DNA of 64,000 nucleotides from Gammaproteobacteria bacterium (GTDB lineage Bacteria; Pseudomonadota; Gammaproteobacteria; UBA1113): NCBI GenBank assembly GCA_020051155.1, contig JAGVJK010000005.1, positions 3,312 to 67,311 of the forward strand, read 5' to 3'. Shown piece by piece: positions 9,441 to 19,759 of this stretch (position 1 is its first letter; each line of letters starts with the position of its first letter). The notes under the pieces were generated by a model. It saw only the letters and a program-made list of their open reading frames with translations, ran no database searches and was not told where the DNA came from. The position numbers and the translations under genes were made by a program.

Positions 9441-10532
9441 ATGAGTAGCGAACCAACTAGCAGTAATGGCACATCAACGAGCACCCTTGCATCGGTTCAG
9501 TATAACTTTTCAGAAGAAGTTATAAATTTGTTACATGGGACATTAGCTTTTGATAAAGATTATCGTGCACCAGGAAGTTCAATTGCACTTGGTTTGACTG
9601 GAAGCTTCACTTTAAAAGGTAAGTTCAGTGAGATTATCGCTCAACATCCTCAGACTTCTAATGCGAAGGATTTAATCCCAGGGGCTTATTCACTTTCCCA
9701 AGCGGGACAAGATGTAACATTTAATGTTTATATTTCTCCTAATACAACTTTATCCTGCATTGGGTCGCGACCATCGTTGAATGCAGCGCGGCTTATTTTT
9801 TGTGTGGATTTAGAGAGTGGATCTGATTATGGTTTTGCAGAGTTTAAAATGCAATATCAGGGGCTTATGCGAGATGCTGGTTCACAGGAAAAACTTATTT
9901 TAGTCGCTTTTAGTGGTGGAAATGAAGAGAGTCGCTCACAACTCATCGAGTTTATTGAAACTCAGGAACTAATGGGTGTTGATATCAGTGAAGATAAAAA
10001 CATTCCCTTGGTGTTTCAAGCTGTAGCTGCAGTGATACAAGTACCAAAAATTTTAGCGCAGAAAGAAAAAATTAAAAAAGAAAGCACATTTTTTCAAACT
10101 GAAAAAAGTACTGTGGAATTATACAGAAAAAGTGACCAACAATTCAGTTTTATGATTAAAACTGAAAGTGTTCATGGTGTAGCTTATTCCGAATATAAAT
10201 TAGATTTTGGAGCTCCATCTTTGTTTAGCTCAAGCGTAAATGATGCATTAAGGAAAGGAAAACCAGAGTTGATTACCATATCCAATCAGGCATCCTATGA
10301 CGCGAGAATTTCTGAATTAAGTAAATCGGGCTATGGTCGTATTGAAACTGTTGAGACGTCAAATATGGATGCGTTTGTATGGCAATGTAATAAACTGTTT
10401 TCGGATATGGCTGCTAATGCTGATATTTACGATAACTTACACATCAGCGCGAAACAAGCGGGAATTTCTTTTAATTTTTATGCCCCGGCTCCTGATGCAG
10501 AGAAAAACAACAGAGAGTGTTTAATATTATAG
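9441..10532 (+). CDS. Hypothetical protein (363 aa) ending in the CaaX-type tetrapeptide CLIL; the N-terminal half possibly has a degenerate small-GTPase-like fold
   Basis: Long ORF with an AGAGGT RBS and a downstream terminator. The last four codons are TGT TTA ATA TTA followed by TAG. See findings for the G-domain-like strand/helix pattern. Confidence 0.7.
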   Translation: MSSEPTSSNGTSTSTLASVQYNFSEEVINLLHGTLAFDKDYRAPGSSIALGLTGSFTLKGKFSEIIAQHPQTSNAKDLIPGAYSLSQAGQDVTFNVYISPNTTLSCIGSRPSLNAARLIFCVDLESGSDYGFAEFKMQYQGLMRDAGSQEKLILVAFSGGNEESRSQLIEFIETQELMGVDISEDKNIPLVFQAVAAVIQVPKILAQKEKIKKESTFFQTEKSTVELYRKSDQQFSFMIKTESVHGVAYSEYKLDFGAPSLFSSSVNDALRKGKPELITISNQASYDARISELSKSGYGRIETVETSNMDAFVWQCNKLFSDMAANADIYDNLHISAKQAGISFNFYAPAPDAEKNNRECLIL

Positions 10533-10570
10533 AACGGCGTAGATTTTGTTGTTTTTAAAATAAAGTACAG

Positions 10571-10607
10571 AAATCCCGTTGATCTCTATAGAGAAACGGG
10601 ATTTTTA
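10571..10607 (+). terminator. Rho-independent terminator
   Basis: AAATCCCGTT (14-nt loop) AACGGGATTT followed by TTT, 39 nt after the stop at 10532. Confidence 0.7.
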
Positions 10608-10771
10608 ATCTGAGAGGAAGACACATTTCAGTCCTTAATAAATAATTAATATAAAATATGTATAATACCTTATCAATATTATCTTAACTTCAAAAAGATA
10701 GATTCATCGGCAAAATTGTTTGAAATCGTAATGCTAGGTGGGCTGAGGAAACCTTAGGGAGGTGGCTAAAC

Positions 10772-11485
10772 ATGACAGTATTGGAACAAGCTAGTAGGGA
10801 TTGTCAGCACTTAATCAATCAATTAGATGGTTTTTATAGTATCGTTGATTTAGATTCAAAGTGCCTTCTGTTAAATCAAACCGCCGCCAAATGGTTGGGA
10901 TTTGGTTCGCCAGAAAGAGGTATCGGCACGCGCTATGAAGATATCCAAGCGCCAGCAGTAGAGTCATCTGATTTTTTCTATGAGATTGATCGGTTAGTTA
11001 TTCAAAATAATACGCGAGTTTTTTATTTAGGTTATTATGGTTATCATGATGGCTATCGAGTGATCCAAGGCATTAAAGCGCCATATTTAGATAACACAAA
11101 AACCATTATAGGCGTTAGCTGTCAATTTCAAGATATTACGAACCTTAATATTGCTAATAAAGATCACTTAATTTTTCAGCCGGACTATATCACCAAGGAT
11201 GAAGATAATATAAAACAGTTTTGTTATCTTTTTATAGAAAAAGAAGAGAATAATCTCTTGTCGGAACGGGAAAAAGAATGTTTGTTTTTCTTGCTTCGCA
11301 GGAAGACCGCGAAAGAGATTGGCACTATTCTATCGTTATCCCATCGCACGGTCGAAGATCATATCGAACGTATCCGTCTTAAATTAAAATGCCAGTCAAC
11401 ATGTGAGCTTCTAGAAAAAGCGACAGTAGAAAATTTTGGAAATCAATTACCCTTAAAGTACTTGAAAACTTTATGGGAAAAATAA
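10772..11485 (+). CDS. LuxR-family transcriptional regulator with PAS-like domain (paralogue 3)
   Basis: C-terminal HTH (LSEREKECLFFLLRRKTAKEIGTILSLSHRTVEDHIERIRLK). The N-terminal domain is collinear with paralogues 1 and 2. GGGAGGTG RBS. Confidence 0.8.
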   Translation: MTVLEQASRDCQHLINQLDGFYSIVDLDSKCLLLNQTAAKWLGFGSPERGIGTRYEDIQAPAVESSDFFYEIDRLVIQNNTRVFYLGYYGYHDGYRVIQGIKAPYLDNTKTIIGVSCQFQDITNLNIANKDHLIFQPDYITKDEDNIKQFCYLFIEKEENNLLSEREKECLFFLLRRKTAKEIGTILSLSHRTVEDHIERIRLKLKCQSTCELLEKATVENFGNQLPLKYLKTLWEK

Positions 11486-11532
11486 AACTAGGAGACATTT
11501 TCATTTTGATTTGACAAATTAGTGATATGCCA

Positions 11533-11561
11533 TTGCAAGGTCTGATGCAATATTGTACAAT
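11533..11561 (+). promoter_or_regulatory. Putative sigma70 promoter for the ankyrin gene
   Basis: TTGCAA (11533-11538), a 17-nt spacer, then TACAAT (11556-11561), about 37 nt upstream of the ATG at 11598. Confidence 0.4.
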
Positions 11562-11597
11562 CCCTCACCTTTAACTTAAGTTAGGAAAGTATGATTT

Positions 11598-12500
11598 ATG
11601 GCAAGTGAGTCTTTTCAGTTAGAACAACTCCGTTCTTCTAGCCCTCTAATAAACATTGTTTCGGCATCATCACAAACATCCGATATTGAGCCACTCATCA
11701 TGAGACGAGAAAAAGCACTTGTTGAGCTTAAGAAGCTAAGCCATCAACCCAATTATTTTCGCTTATTAAGCCGTATTTTTCTCGAAGATTTGCCACCAGT
11801 AAGTAAGGGAACAGTGGTGCATCGCAAAGAGAGAACAATACCATTCGTTGATGCAAAACAAAAAGTGAGAGCGAAGTTGTTAACTCCTTTGCAAGAATTA
11901 ATCGAAAGTACATCCTTTAAAAACGATGAAAAGATGCATCTTTTATCTTTGTTGTTACAAGCTGGAGCTAGTTTCAAAGGGATTTTTTCTAACAATGAGA
12001 CGTTATTGCATATTGCAGCCCGATATAATGCACGCGACATTGTCGATTTTTTACTGTCACAAGGCATGCCTGTTGATGTTGCTCGTATTGATAAAGCGCC
12101 ACCGCTCTATATTGCAATTTACAATCAACATGTCTCAATAGTTCAACGTTTACTTTTAGAGGGTGCGAAAACAGATTATAAAACAAAAGATGGTAAAACT
12201 CTTTTAGAGGTTGCACAGCAAAAAGGATCGTTCGAGATTGTGGAATGTCTTCGCTCTGTGATGCAATCATCAGATAGTGCTAGTACTGCGCCATTAGGTA
12301 CTGCTTTATCTTCTGATACTTCACTGTCAGAGCCTTTTGTTAAACTAGATGTTAATGCGGCGGTAGCCTGTGGAGTTTTTTCTCCATTACCCTCACACCG
12401 TGCAGAACCTCAAACAATCGATCAAGCTTTCATGCTAGATAACACAGCTCATGAGCATGCAAGTGATGGATTTAAATTTCGCACTCATTCCAGTACGTAA
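11598..12500 (+). CDS. Ankyrin-repeat protein (300 aa)
   Basis: About 3 ANK repeats (ETLLHIAARYNARDIVDFLLSQGMPVD, APPLYIAIYNQHVSIVQRLLLEGAKTD, GKTLLEVAQQKGSFEIVECL). The tail is Ser/Thr-rich. Confidence 0.8.
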   Translation: MASESFQLEQLRSSSPLINIVSASSQTSDIEPLIMRREKALVELKKLSHQPNYFRLLSRIFLEDLPPVSKGTVVHRKERTIPFVDAKQKVRAKLLTPLQELIESTSFKNDEKMHLLSLLLQAGASFKGIFSNNETLLHIAARYNARDIVDFLLSQGMPVDVARIDKAPPLYIAIYNQHVSIVQRLLLEGAKTDYKTKDGKTLLEVAQQKGSFEIVECLRSVMQSSDSASTAPLGTALSSDTSLSEPFVKLDVNAAVACGVFSPLPSHRAEPQTIDQAFMLDNTAHEHASDGFKFRTHSST

Positions 12501-12611
12501 CCAATCTTCAAAAATCGGTTGCCAATGGTTAATGCGTTCATGATGTAGGCTTTGAGTGGCTGATTGTGACATCCTTTATTTCCTTTAAACTGTGACCTAT
12601 GCCGGCAGTTT

Positions 12612-13406
12612 CTAGGAATTTCTGAGGTTAGACAAGGTGCGGTTTATTGGACGCTTACGCTTTAATAAAGTAATTACTAATATTTTAAACAATAATAGAA
12701 TGATTGAGAAAATAAAAGGAAGAACAAATGCAATGAAAAGCATAATCTTTCCAGACAGGGTAAAAATAGCGCCGTTTCTCCAAGCATCCTCTAATGGCCC
12801 AATGACTATGATAGGTTTTATCAATTGAATTTCCTTGGGAGTTGTATTAATTTTAATATGTACTGGAACAACTTTATTTTTGATACCATGAAATTCATAT
12901 ATATGGAGTGCTGGTTTTTTTAAATTATGATTATAAAGGCCCCAATCAATTTCTAAGCTGTATTCACCGTATTTTAATTGTTTAATAAAATGATGATTGC
13001 CAATCTCTGCATTTATTGCTCGATAGATAAGTTCATGCTTGCAATCTTTTTCTGATCTTCTAATTATTTGTTTTACTGTTGAATCGATTAAGTCGCATGA
13101 TTCATATTTTTCATTTATTTCTTTATTTAAAAAAGCGATATCAACACTGTAATCACCATTGTATTGAGGGACAAAGTTGAATTTTAATTCCCCCCCAGAG
13201 GTGGCTGTAAAAGGAACAACGATACTATTTAAGCGATAAAGATACCAATAATTAATTGCTAATATACTCATTCCTAATAAAATGCCAAGCAAGTATATTC
13301 CGATTAAACTAAACGGATGCGTTGAAAATTTTAAGTAAATTTTTATGGCGATGAAAAGACCAAAGATAAAAAGAACAAACAATATTAAAAGAGCAATTGC
13401 TTCCAT
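12612..13406 (-). CDS. Hypothetical membrane protein (264 aa): two N-terminal TM helices, a beta-rich middle region, and a C-terminal TM helix
   Basis: Long ORF with an AGAGGT RBS. Strongly hydrophobic N- and C-termini. The DNA here is visibly more AT-rich than its surroundings. Confidence 0.6.
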   Translation of the reverse strand: MEAIALLILFVLFIFGLFIAIKIYLKFSTHPFSLIGIYLLGILLGMSILAINYWYLYRLNSIVVPFTATSGGELKFNFVPQYNGDYSVDIAFLNKEINEKYESCDLIDSTVKQIIRRSEKDCKHELIYRAINAEIGNHHFIKQLKYGEYSLEIDWGLYNHNLKKPALHIYEFHGIKNKVVPVHIKINTTPKEIQLIKPIIVIGPLEDAWRNGAIFTLSGKIMLFIAFVLPFIFSIILLLFKILVITLLKRKRPINRTLSNLRNS

Positions 13407-13516
13407 AAAAAGGACCTCTATTTTTTAATGTATGATTTGTAGTGGTTCATACTTAATGTGATTGAAAAAAATAGGTAACTGCCACATCAAGTTGGAACTA
13501 CTTCAAATAAACGTAA

Positions 13517-13837
13517 CTACAATGATAAAACTTGCCTCAAGCCATCATCAAGATCACTTAAATCTTTTGCAGAAAGACGCCCTGCCAGATTTTCTAGTCT
13601 GCTTTTATCAACAGTCCGAATTTGGTCGCACACCGCCGTAACTTGCTTATCAAGGCATGAGACTGATATAGCAAGGGGTGGTCTAGCTTTTGCGAAAGTG
13701 GAAAGAGGCACAACAACGACGGTGTGTCGCGCTTGATTAATTGGCGTTGCTCCAACTAAAACACAGGGCCTTTTTTTATTAATTTCAGAACCTTTTGTTG
13801 GGTCCAAGTTTACCCAGTAAATATCACCACGATTCAT
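13517..13837 (-). CDS. mazF: MazF/PemK-family type II toxin (mRNA interferase)
   Basis: MNRGDIYWVNLDPTKGSEINKKRPCVLV...VVVPLS is the classic PemK/MazF N-terminal signature. Overlaps the upstream antitoxin gene by 14 nt. Confidence 0.85.
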   Translation of the reverse strand: MNRGDIYWVNLDPTKGSEINKKRPCVLVGATPINQARHTVVVVPLSTFAKARPPLAISVSCLDKQVTAVCDQIRTVDKSRLENLAGRLSAKDLSDLDDGLRQVLSL

Positions 13838-14057
13838 TATCTAAGCCATCTTCTAGGGTTATGTCCCAATCTTTCATTTCACGGTTTAAGGCGGCATCTT
13901 TCTCAACAGCCATCGCACATTCATAAAGAGTTTTTTCACGTTTTTCAACTTCTTTCTCTATTAAATGGGTGATGGTTTTGCTACGTTGTCGCGCAGGAAT
14001 AGCCGCTCTCATGCGCATAGCAAGCTGATCTGGTACTGAAATAAGAACTTTTTCCAT
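13824..14057 (-). CDS. Ribbon-helix-helix (CopG/Arc-like) antitoxin partner of MazF
   Basis: MEKVLISVPDQLAMRMRAAIPARQRSKTITHLIEKEV is an RHH pattern, followed by an acidic C-terminal tail. The ATG at 14057 has a GAGGTGA RBS. The ORF-track start at 14105 is less likely. Confidence 0.75.
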   Translation of the reverse strand: MEKVLISVPDQLAMRMRAAIPARQRSKTITHLIEKEVEKREKTLYECAMAVEKDAALNREMKDWDITLEDGLDNESW

Positions 14058-14267
14058 GATGGTCACCTCGACATAAAGTATAAGATATACTATATCCAAT
14101 TGCAAATGTTGCTAACAGACACGGATGTCGACACCTCATCTATTTTCATCTGATACAACTAACGTCATTACTCTATAGTCCAGCGTAATTTAAGTATAAT
14201 GTCTGACAATGTTATTAGATGATAATACGAGTTTAACTATTTGTTTTAAAATAAAAAAAGATTAATT

Positions 14268-14322
14268 GAAGCACCCATTCGTAATCAGTAGGTCGTGTGT
14301 TCGATTCACATCTTCGGCACCA
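14268..14322 (+). pseudogene. tRNA-Thr(CGU) 3' fragment (anticodon loop to CCA end); not a complete tRNA gene
   Basis: The sequence is ..CATTCGTAATCAGTAGGTCGTGTGTTCGATTCACATCTTCGGCACCA. T-arm GTGTG/TTCGATT/CACAT, acceptor 3' strand CTTCGGC, discriminator A, then CCA. It is close to E. coli thrW (..CATTCGTAATGCGAAGGTCGTAGGTTCGACTCC..CGGCACCA, from memory). The upstream 20 nt are A/T-rich and cannot form the acceptor 5' strand (GCCGAAG) or a D-arm. Confidence 0.7.
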
Positions 14323-14408
14323 TGAAAAGTCTTTATCCACCTCTTTGTTAGATAATACATTTTAATAAATTAATGTCCGTTAGTTTAGGAGTAGATTACA
14401 CCCCCGTG

Positions 14409-15308
14409 TTAAGCCTTTAACCGCGCCTTTGCCACTTTGGACTGAGGCTGACGTTGTAGTTGCTGACAGATGTATGTGCCAACCTCCAGTAATTTCGACA
14501 AATCCACACCTGTTTCAATCCCCAAACCTTGCAGCATATACAGCACATCTTCCGTGGCAACATTACCGCTAGCGCCTTTTGCATAGGGGCAGCCGCCTAA
14601 TCCTGCGACAGAGCTATCAATGGTCTGCACGCCCAATTCCAAGCATGCTAGGATGTTTGCGAGGGCTTGGCCATAGGTATCATGGAAATGAATGGCTAGT
14701 GCTTTTAAGGGCACAACTTGTGAGACGATTTGAATGAGCTCTTGCGCCTTGCCAGGAGTGCCAACACCGATGGTATCGCCTAGGGAAATTTCATAGCAAC
14801 CAGATTGATATAAAACACCGGCTAAATAGGCTACGCGATGCGGGTCAATGTCTCCTTCATAGGGGCAGCCTAGAGCGCAGGAAATATAACCGCGAACGGG
14901 AATTTCATTTTCTTTAGCGAGCGCAAATACATCGACAAATCGCTTTAAACTTTCTTCCGTGGTGCAATTGATGTTTTTCTTACAAAAAGTTTCTGAAGCA
15001 GCGGTAAATACACTGACGGTTTTAGCGCCAGCTTGCAGCGCACTGAGCATACCTTGCTGATTGGGTACTAGCACGGGATATGCGATGCCTGGGACTTGGA
15101 GAATTTGTTGTAATACTTCAGTGTGATCGGCTAATTGAGGGATCCATTTGGCAGAAACAAAACTAGTAGCTTCGATAACGGATAAACCCGTTTGCGACAA
15201 ACGATTGATAAACTCAACTTTAGTGGCAGTATCAACCTGACGAGTTTCATTTTGCAAACCATCGCGCGGTCCAACCTCTACTAATTTAACAGCCTTAGGT
15301 AAATCCAT
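14409..15308 (-). CDS. liuE: Hydroxymethylglutaryl-CoA lyase
   Basis: [11 protein letters not shown] and the DTIGVGTP...[12 protein letters not shown] motifs of the HMGL family. Last gene of the liu-type cluster. Confidence 0.9.
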   Translation of the reverse strand: MDLPKAVKLVEVGPRDGLQNETRQVDTATKVEFINRLSQTGLSVIEATSFVSAKWIPQLADHTEVLQQILQVPGIAYPVLVPNQQGMLSALQAGAKTVSVFTAASETFCKKNINCTTEESLKRFVDVFALAKENEIPVRGYISCALGCPYEGDIDPHRVAYLAGVLYQSGCYEISLGDTIGVGTPGKAQELIQIVSQVVPLKALAIHFHDTYGQALANILACLELGVQTIDSSVAGLGGCPYAKGASGNVATEDVLYMLQGLGIETGVDLSKLLEVGTYICQQLQRQPQSKVAKARLKA

Positions 15309-15310
15309 GA

Positions 15311-17320
15311 TTATTTCTCTCCACTTTTCGCCGTCGCTTCAAATGCTAAAAGCTCAGCGCCTTCCATAACAGTATCGCCTATGCCAAAGAAAATTTCCTT
15401 CACTAATCCATCGCTCGGCGCATTGAGTGTATGTTCCATTTTCATCGCTTCCACTACCATCAATCGAGTGCCGCGTGTGACCACCTGTTGTGGTTTGACA
15501 TGAATAGCTACCACGGTCCCAGGCATTGGTGATACTAGAGAACCTTCAGACGCTTGATCCTCCGCATCATCAATGCTGAGGGTTTGCAAATAAATAAGAT
15601 GATAGGCATCATCAGTAATGAGATGTAATATATGTCCCTGTTGCAAAACGGTCATCGTTTGTTGTTGACCATTTATAATTGCAAGATACTCATGGTGATG
15701 AAGATAATGACCACTCACCGTAAAATCATGATCCTGACAGCTCATGGCATAACCATCAGCATTAAACTCAATGGTTAATGCAATGACTTCATGTTGATGC
15801 AAAAAACGCAGGGTACGCTGGTAAGATAAATTCATGCGCCAGCCATCTTGCCGTTGCCAAGGTGAATGAGGATCCGTCGCATGACCTTGCTCTGCGGCGT
15901 GCTGAGCTTCTTTCAGTAACAAATATAATCCGGCTAAAACAAATGCTTTCGTTGGTGGAGGTGATTGTTGTAGCAACAATGACTCATGTTCTTCAATAAA
16001 ATGCGTGCTAAAATGTGCTGTTTGAAAAGCAGGTTGCTGGATGATCTGCAGTAAATAACGAATATTGGTGGTGACACCGAGGATATGATAATCCAACAAT
16101 GCACGGTGTAATCGTCGCAGTGCACTCTCACGATCTTCGTCCCACACAATTAGTTTTGCGATCATCGGATCGTAATATTGAGAAATACTATCTTTTTCTA
16201 CTACGCCACTATCAATACGAACATGAGCATTCGTAACAGGAAGTTCCACAATATCTAAGTGACCGATAGAGGGTAAAAATTGCTGATAAGGATCTTCTGC
16301 ATAAATTCGAACTTCGATAGCATGACCGTGGCGTTTTAATTGTTCTTGCCGCAGGGGGAGGGTACCGCCCGCTGCCACCAATAATTGCCACTCGACTAAA
16401 TCAAGACCGGTAATCATTTCAGTGACAGGATGTTCTACTTGTAATCGAGTATTCATTTCCATGAAATAAAACTTTTGATTTTGATTCACTAAAAATTCAA
16501 TGGTACCAGCACCGGTATACTGAATAGTTTTCGCTGCTTGGATGGCAGCAGCGCCCATGGCTTGTCGTAATGTTTCGCTGATATGAGGTGCTGGCGCTTC
16601 CTCAATTACTTTTTGGTGACGACGTTGAATCGAACAATCACGCTCAAATAAATACACCGCATTGCCATGATTGTCGGCGAATAATTGAATTTCAATATGT
16701 CGTGGTTTTGCGACGTATTTTTCAATGAGCATATCAGCGTTGCCAAAGCTAGCTAAGGCTTCGCGTTTTGCTGATTCTAAGGCATCGTGAAACTCCTCAG
16801 ACACCAGAACCACGCGCATGCCCTTACCACCGCCACCGGCAGAAGCTTTGATTAAAACAGGAAACCCAATTTTTTTCGCAGCGGCTAATAAGGTTTCTTC
16901 TTTTTGATCATCACCATGATAACCTGGAATTAATGGTACGTGCGCTTTCTCCATTAACCGCTTAGCCATGCTTTTAGAGCCCATGGCAGTGATGGCGCTA
17001 GCGGAGGGGCCGACAAAAATAATTCCTGCTTGTTGGCAAGCCGTAGCAAATTCTGCATTTTCTGATAAAAAACCATAACCAGGATGAATAGCTTGTGCTC
17101 CCGCTTGCTGTGCTACCCCTAAGATTTTATCCATGCATAAATAACTTTCTTTACTGGGAGCAGGACCAATCCAATAAGCTTCATCGGCTAATTGCACATG
17201 CTGTGCAGTGGCATCGGCCGTAGAGTACACCGCAATGGTTTTGATCCCCAAGCGTCGACAGGTTCTAATGATGCGACAGGCAATTTCACCGCGGTTAGCA
17301 ATTAAGAGTGTATTAAACAT
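15311..17320 (-). CDS. liuD: 3-methylcrotonyl-CoA carboxylase alpha subunit (biotin carboxylase + biotinyl domain)
   Basis: N-terminus [18 protein letters not shown]-grasp domain. C-terminal EAMKME biotinylation motif. Gene context. Confidence 0.9.
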   Translation of the reverse strand: MFNTLLIANRGEIACRIIRTCRRLGIKTIAVYSTADATAQHVQLADEAYWIGPAPSKESYLCMDKILGVAQQAGAQAIHPGYGFLSENAEFATACQQAGIIFVGPSASAITAMGSKSMAKRLMEKAHVPLIPGYHGDDQKEETLLAAAKKIGFPVLIKASAGGGGKGMRVVLVSEEFHDALESAKREALASFGNADMLIEKYVAKPRHIEIQLFADNHGNAVYLFERDCSIQRRHQKVIEEAPAPHISETLRQAMGAAAIQAAKTIQYTGAGTIEFLVNQNQKFYFMEMNTRLQVEHPVTEMITGLDLVEWQLLVAAGGTLPLRQEQLKRHGHAIEVRIYAEDPYQQFLPSIGHLDIVELPVTNAHVRIDSGVVEKDSISQYYDPMIAKLIVWDEDRESALRRLHRALLDYHILGVTTNIRYLLQIIQQPAFQTAHFSTHFIEEHESLLLQQSPPPTKAFVLAGLYLLLKEAQHAAEQGHATDPHSPWQRQDGWRMNLSYQRTLRFLHQHEVIALTIEFNADGYAMSCQDHDFTVSGHYLHHHEYLAIINGQQQTMTVLQQGHILHLITDDAYHLIYLQTLSIDDAEDQASEGSLVSPMPGTVVAIHVKPQQVVTRGTRLMVVEAMKMEHTLNAPSDGLVKEIFFGIGDTVMEGAELLAFEATAKSGEK

Positions 17321-17324
17321 AATA

Positions 17325-18113
17325 TTATCCTTTTGCGGCTTGCCAATGGGGGCGGCGTTTTTCTAAAAAAGCGGATAAGCCTTCTTGACCTTCTTCCGAC
17401 GTGCGTATGGCAGCAATGTATTCTAAGGTATCTTGGATCATATGCTCATCGATGACACCACGACTTGTGCGTTGGATTAATTCTTTCGCTTTGCAAAGAG
17501 CAGCTGGGCTGTTTTGCAAAATTGAGTGCAAGAAAGAATCTCGCAATGTCGGTAAATCTGCGGGCGTTGTATATTCGTGAATTAAACTTAAACGCTGTGC
17601 GGTAGGCGTATCAATTTTTTCAGCGGTTAAATAATATCGGCGTGCGGCACGTTCGCCAATCGCATTAATCACATAGGGGCTAATCACCGCAGGGATTAAA
17701 CCAATTTTTGTTTCAGATAAACAAAAGTAAGCATCGGTGCTCGCAATGGCCATATCACAACAAGCCACTAAACCGACACCACCGCCGATGGTAGCCCCTT
17801 GCACCACAGCCAATGTGGGTTTATTGAGAGTGTAGAGGCTATACATCACTTCCGCTAAGATTTTAGCATCAGCTAAGTTTTGTTGTAGATTGTAATCCTT
17901 CATGCGTTTCATCCAGCGCAAGTCAGCGCCTGCTGAAAAACTCGGCCCCTTTGCTTGTAAGACCACGGCGCGAATGCTGGTGTTTTGTTGCAACTGCTGA
18001 ATAGTCTCCAGCAATTCTTGTAGCATTTGATCATCAAAGGCATTGTGAACCTCGGGTTGATCTAAGGTAATGGTGGCAATAGAAGAGGAAAGATCCGTCA
18101 TGATTTTCTTCAT
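17325..18113 (-). CDS. liuC: Methylglutaconyl-CoA hydratase (enoyl-CoA hydratase/crotonase family)
   Basis: Crotonase-fold motifs (FSAGADL, GGGVGL). Sits between the two MCCase subunit genes. Confidence 0.85.
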   Translation of the reverse strand: MKKIMTDLSSSIATITLDQPEVHNAFDDQMLQELLETIQQLQQNTSIRAVVLQAKGPSFSAGADLRWMKRMKDYNLQQNLADAKILAEVMYSLYTLNKPTLAVVQGATIGGGVGLVACCDMAIASTDAYFCLSETKIGLIPAVISPYVINAIGERAARRYYLTAEKIDTPTAQRLSLIHEYTTPADLPTLRDSFLHSILQNSPAALCKAKELIQRTSRGVIDEHMIQDTLEYIAAIRTSEEGQEGLSAFLEKRRPHWQAAKG

Positions 18114-18122
18114 AAGTTTTCC

Positions 18123-19736
18123 TTACATACGAAACACACCAAACTGTGTCTCTAAAATGGGTGCATTGAGTGTCGCAGATAGCGCGAGGCTCAGTACGGT
18201 TCGTGTATCACAAGGATCAATCACACCATCGTCCCATAGACGTGCGCTGGAATAATAAGGGTGACCTTGGGTTTCATATTGTTCTTTAATGGGGGCTTTG
18301 AAAGCAGCTTCTTCTTGCGCTGACCATGGCGTACCTTGTTCTGCTAATTTATCGCCTTTTACTTGGGCTAAGACATTGGCTGCTTGGTCGCCGCCCATCA
18401 CGGAAATGCGTGCGTTGGGCCACATCCACAAGAAGCGCGGATTAAACGCACGACCGCACATGCCGTAATTACCGGCGCCAAAACTACCGCCCATAACGAC
18501 GGTTAACTTTGGCACATTGGCGCAGCTAACCGCGGTTACTAATTTCGCGCCGTTTTTAGCGATGCCGCCGGCTTCGTATTTGCTACCCACCATAAATCCC
18601 GTAATGTTTTGAAAAAAGAGTAGGGGGATTTTGCGTTGACAACATAAGTCAATAAAATGCACACCCTTCAAGGCGGATTCAGAAAACAAAATACCTTGAT
18701 TCGCGAGAATGCCCACCGGGTAACCTTCTAAATGGGCAAAACCACAAATGAGGGTCGAGCCATACAGCGGTTTAAATTCATCAAAGACGGAATCATCAAC
18801 AATACGTGCAATCACGTCGCGCATGTTCATTGGTTGTCGCGGATCACGAGGAATTAAACCATAGAGATCTTCTATCGCATAACGTGGTGCCTTTGGTGGT
18901 TGTAGAGCAAGAGGCATCGATTTTACTTTATTGAGGTGACCGACAATGCGACGCACTTGCAATAAAGCTTCTGGTTCATTCTCAGCTGCGTAATCGGCAA
19001 CGCCGGAGGTGCTGGTATGCACCTTGGTGCCGCCTAAATCTTCGGCGCTGACAATTTCACCCGTTGCTGCTTTCACCAACGGTGGGCCAGCCAAAAAAAT
19101 CGTGGCCTGATTTTTTACCATGATGGTTTCATCGGCCATCGCGGGGACGTAAGCACCACCAGCGGTGCATGAACCCGTCACTACAGCAATTTGTGGAATT
19201 TTTTTCGCAGACATTTGTGCTTGATTATAAAATATTCGACCGAAGTGCAATTGATCGGGAAATACTTCATCTTGTTTCGGTAAAAAAGCCCCACCGGAAT
19301 CTACGATGTAAATACAAGGTAAATGATTTTGCTCAGCAATTTCTTGAGCGCGTAAATGTTTTTTCACAGAAATAGGATAATAGCTACCGCCTTTCACCGT
19401 GGGATCGTTAGCGATGATCATGCATTCCTGTTGGCAAATACGGCCAATACCCGCAATGATACCACCAGCAGGTACTTCATCAGGATACAACTCATAACCT
19501 GCTAATTGGCTTAATTCGAGAAACGGTGTGTTAGGATCGAGTAATAAATTGATACGCTCTCGAGGTAATAATTTGCCTCGCGCCAGATGACGTTGACAGG
19601 CTTTCTCGCCGCCGCCTTGTGCAATGTGTTGAATTTTTTCTTTTAAGTCTTCCATTAAGGCTTGCATCGCCTTAGCATTGGCTTGAAACTCTTCGCTACG
19701 CGGATTCACATGATTTTCTAACACCGGCACGGTCAT
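18123..19736 (-). CDS. liuB: 3-methylcrotonyl-CoA carboxylase beta subunit (carboxyltransferase)
   Basis: 537-aa carboxyltransferase with typical PCCB/MCCB motifs ([30 protein letters not shown]). Confidence 0.9.
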   Translation of the reverse strand: MTVPVLENHVNPRSEEFQANAKAMQALMEDLKEKIQHIAQGGGEKACQRHLARGKLLPRERINLLLDPNTPFLELSQLAGYELYPDEVPAGGIIAGIGRICQQECMIIANDPTVKGGSYYPISVKKHLRAQEIAEQNHLPCIYIVDSGGAFLPKQDEVFPDQLHFGRIFYNQAQMSAKKIPQIAVVTGSCTAGGAYVPAMADETIMVKNQATIFLAGPPLVKAATGEIVSAEDLGGTKVHTSTSGVADYAAENEPEALLQVRRIVGHLNKVKSMPLALQPPKAPRYAIEDLYGLIPRDPRQPMNMRDVIARIVDDSVFDEFKPLYGSTLICGFAHLEGYPVGILANQGILFSESALKGVHFIDLCCQRKIPLLFFQNITGFMVGSKYEAGGIAKNGAKLVTAVSCANVPKLTVVMGGSFGAGNYGMCGRAFNPRFLWMWPNARISVMGGDQAANVLAQVKGDKLAEQGTPWSAQEEAAFKAPIKEQYETQGHPYYSSARLWDDGVIDPCDTRTVLSLALSATLNAPILETQFGVFRM

Positions 19737-19759
19737 TCTCCTTGTGATGGGTCGTAAAT

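Noticed and set aside
9253..11597. PmrA-type tandem TTAATATT regulatory boxes upstream of candidate effector genes (9441, 11598, 28155, 32525, 33280, 62660)
   Set aside because: By eye I found only generic AT-rich sequence and isolated TTAA-containing words (for example TTAAAATTAATGAT before 9441). There is no convincing tandem repeat at the expected spacing from a -10 element. A position-weight-matrix scan would be needed.
12435..12572. 45-codon minus-strand ORF (MSQSATQSLHHERINHWQPIFEDWLRTGMS..) faintly reminiscent of IS accessory-protein N-termini
   Set aside because: It is too short. It overlaps the 3' end of the ankyrin gene. Its SD-like AAGG abuts the ATG with no spacing. I cannot tie the resemblance to a specific IS family.
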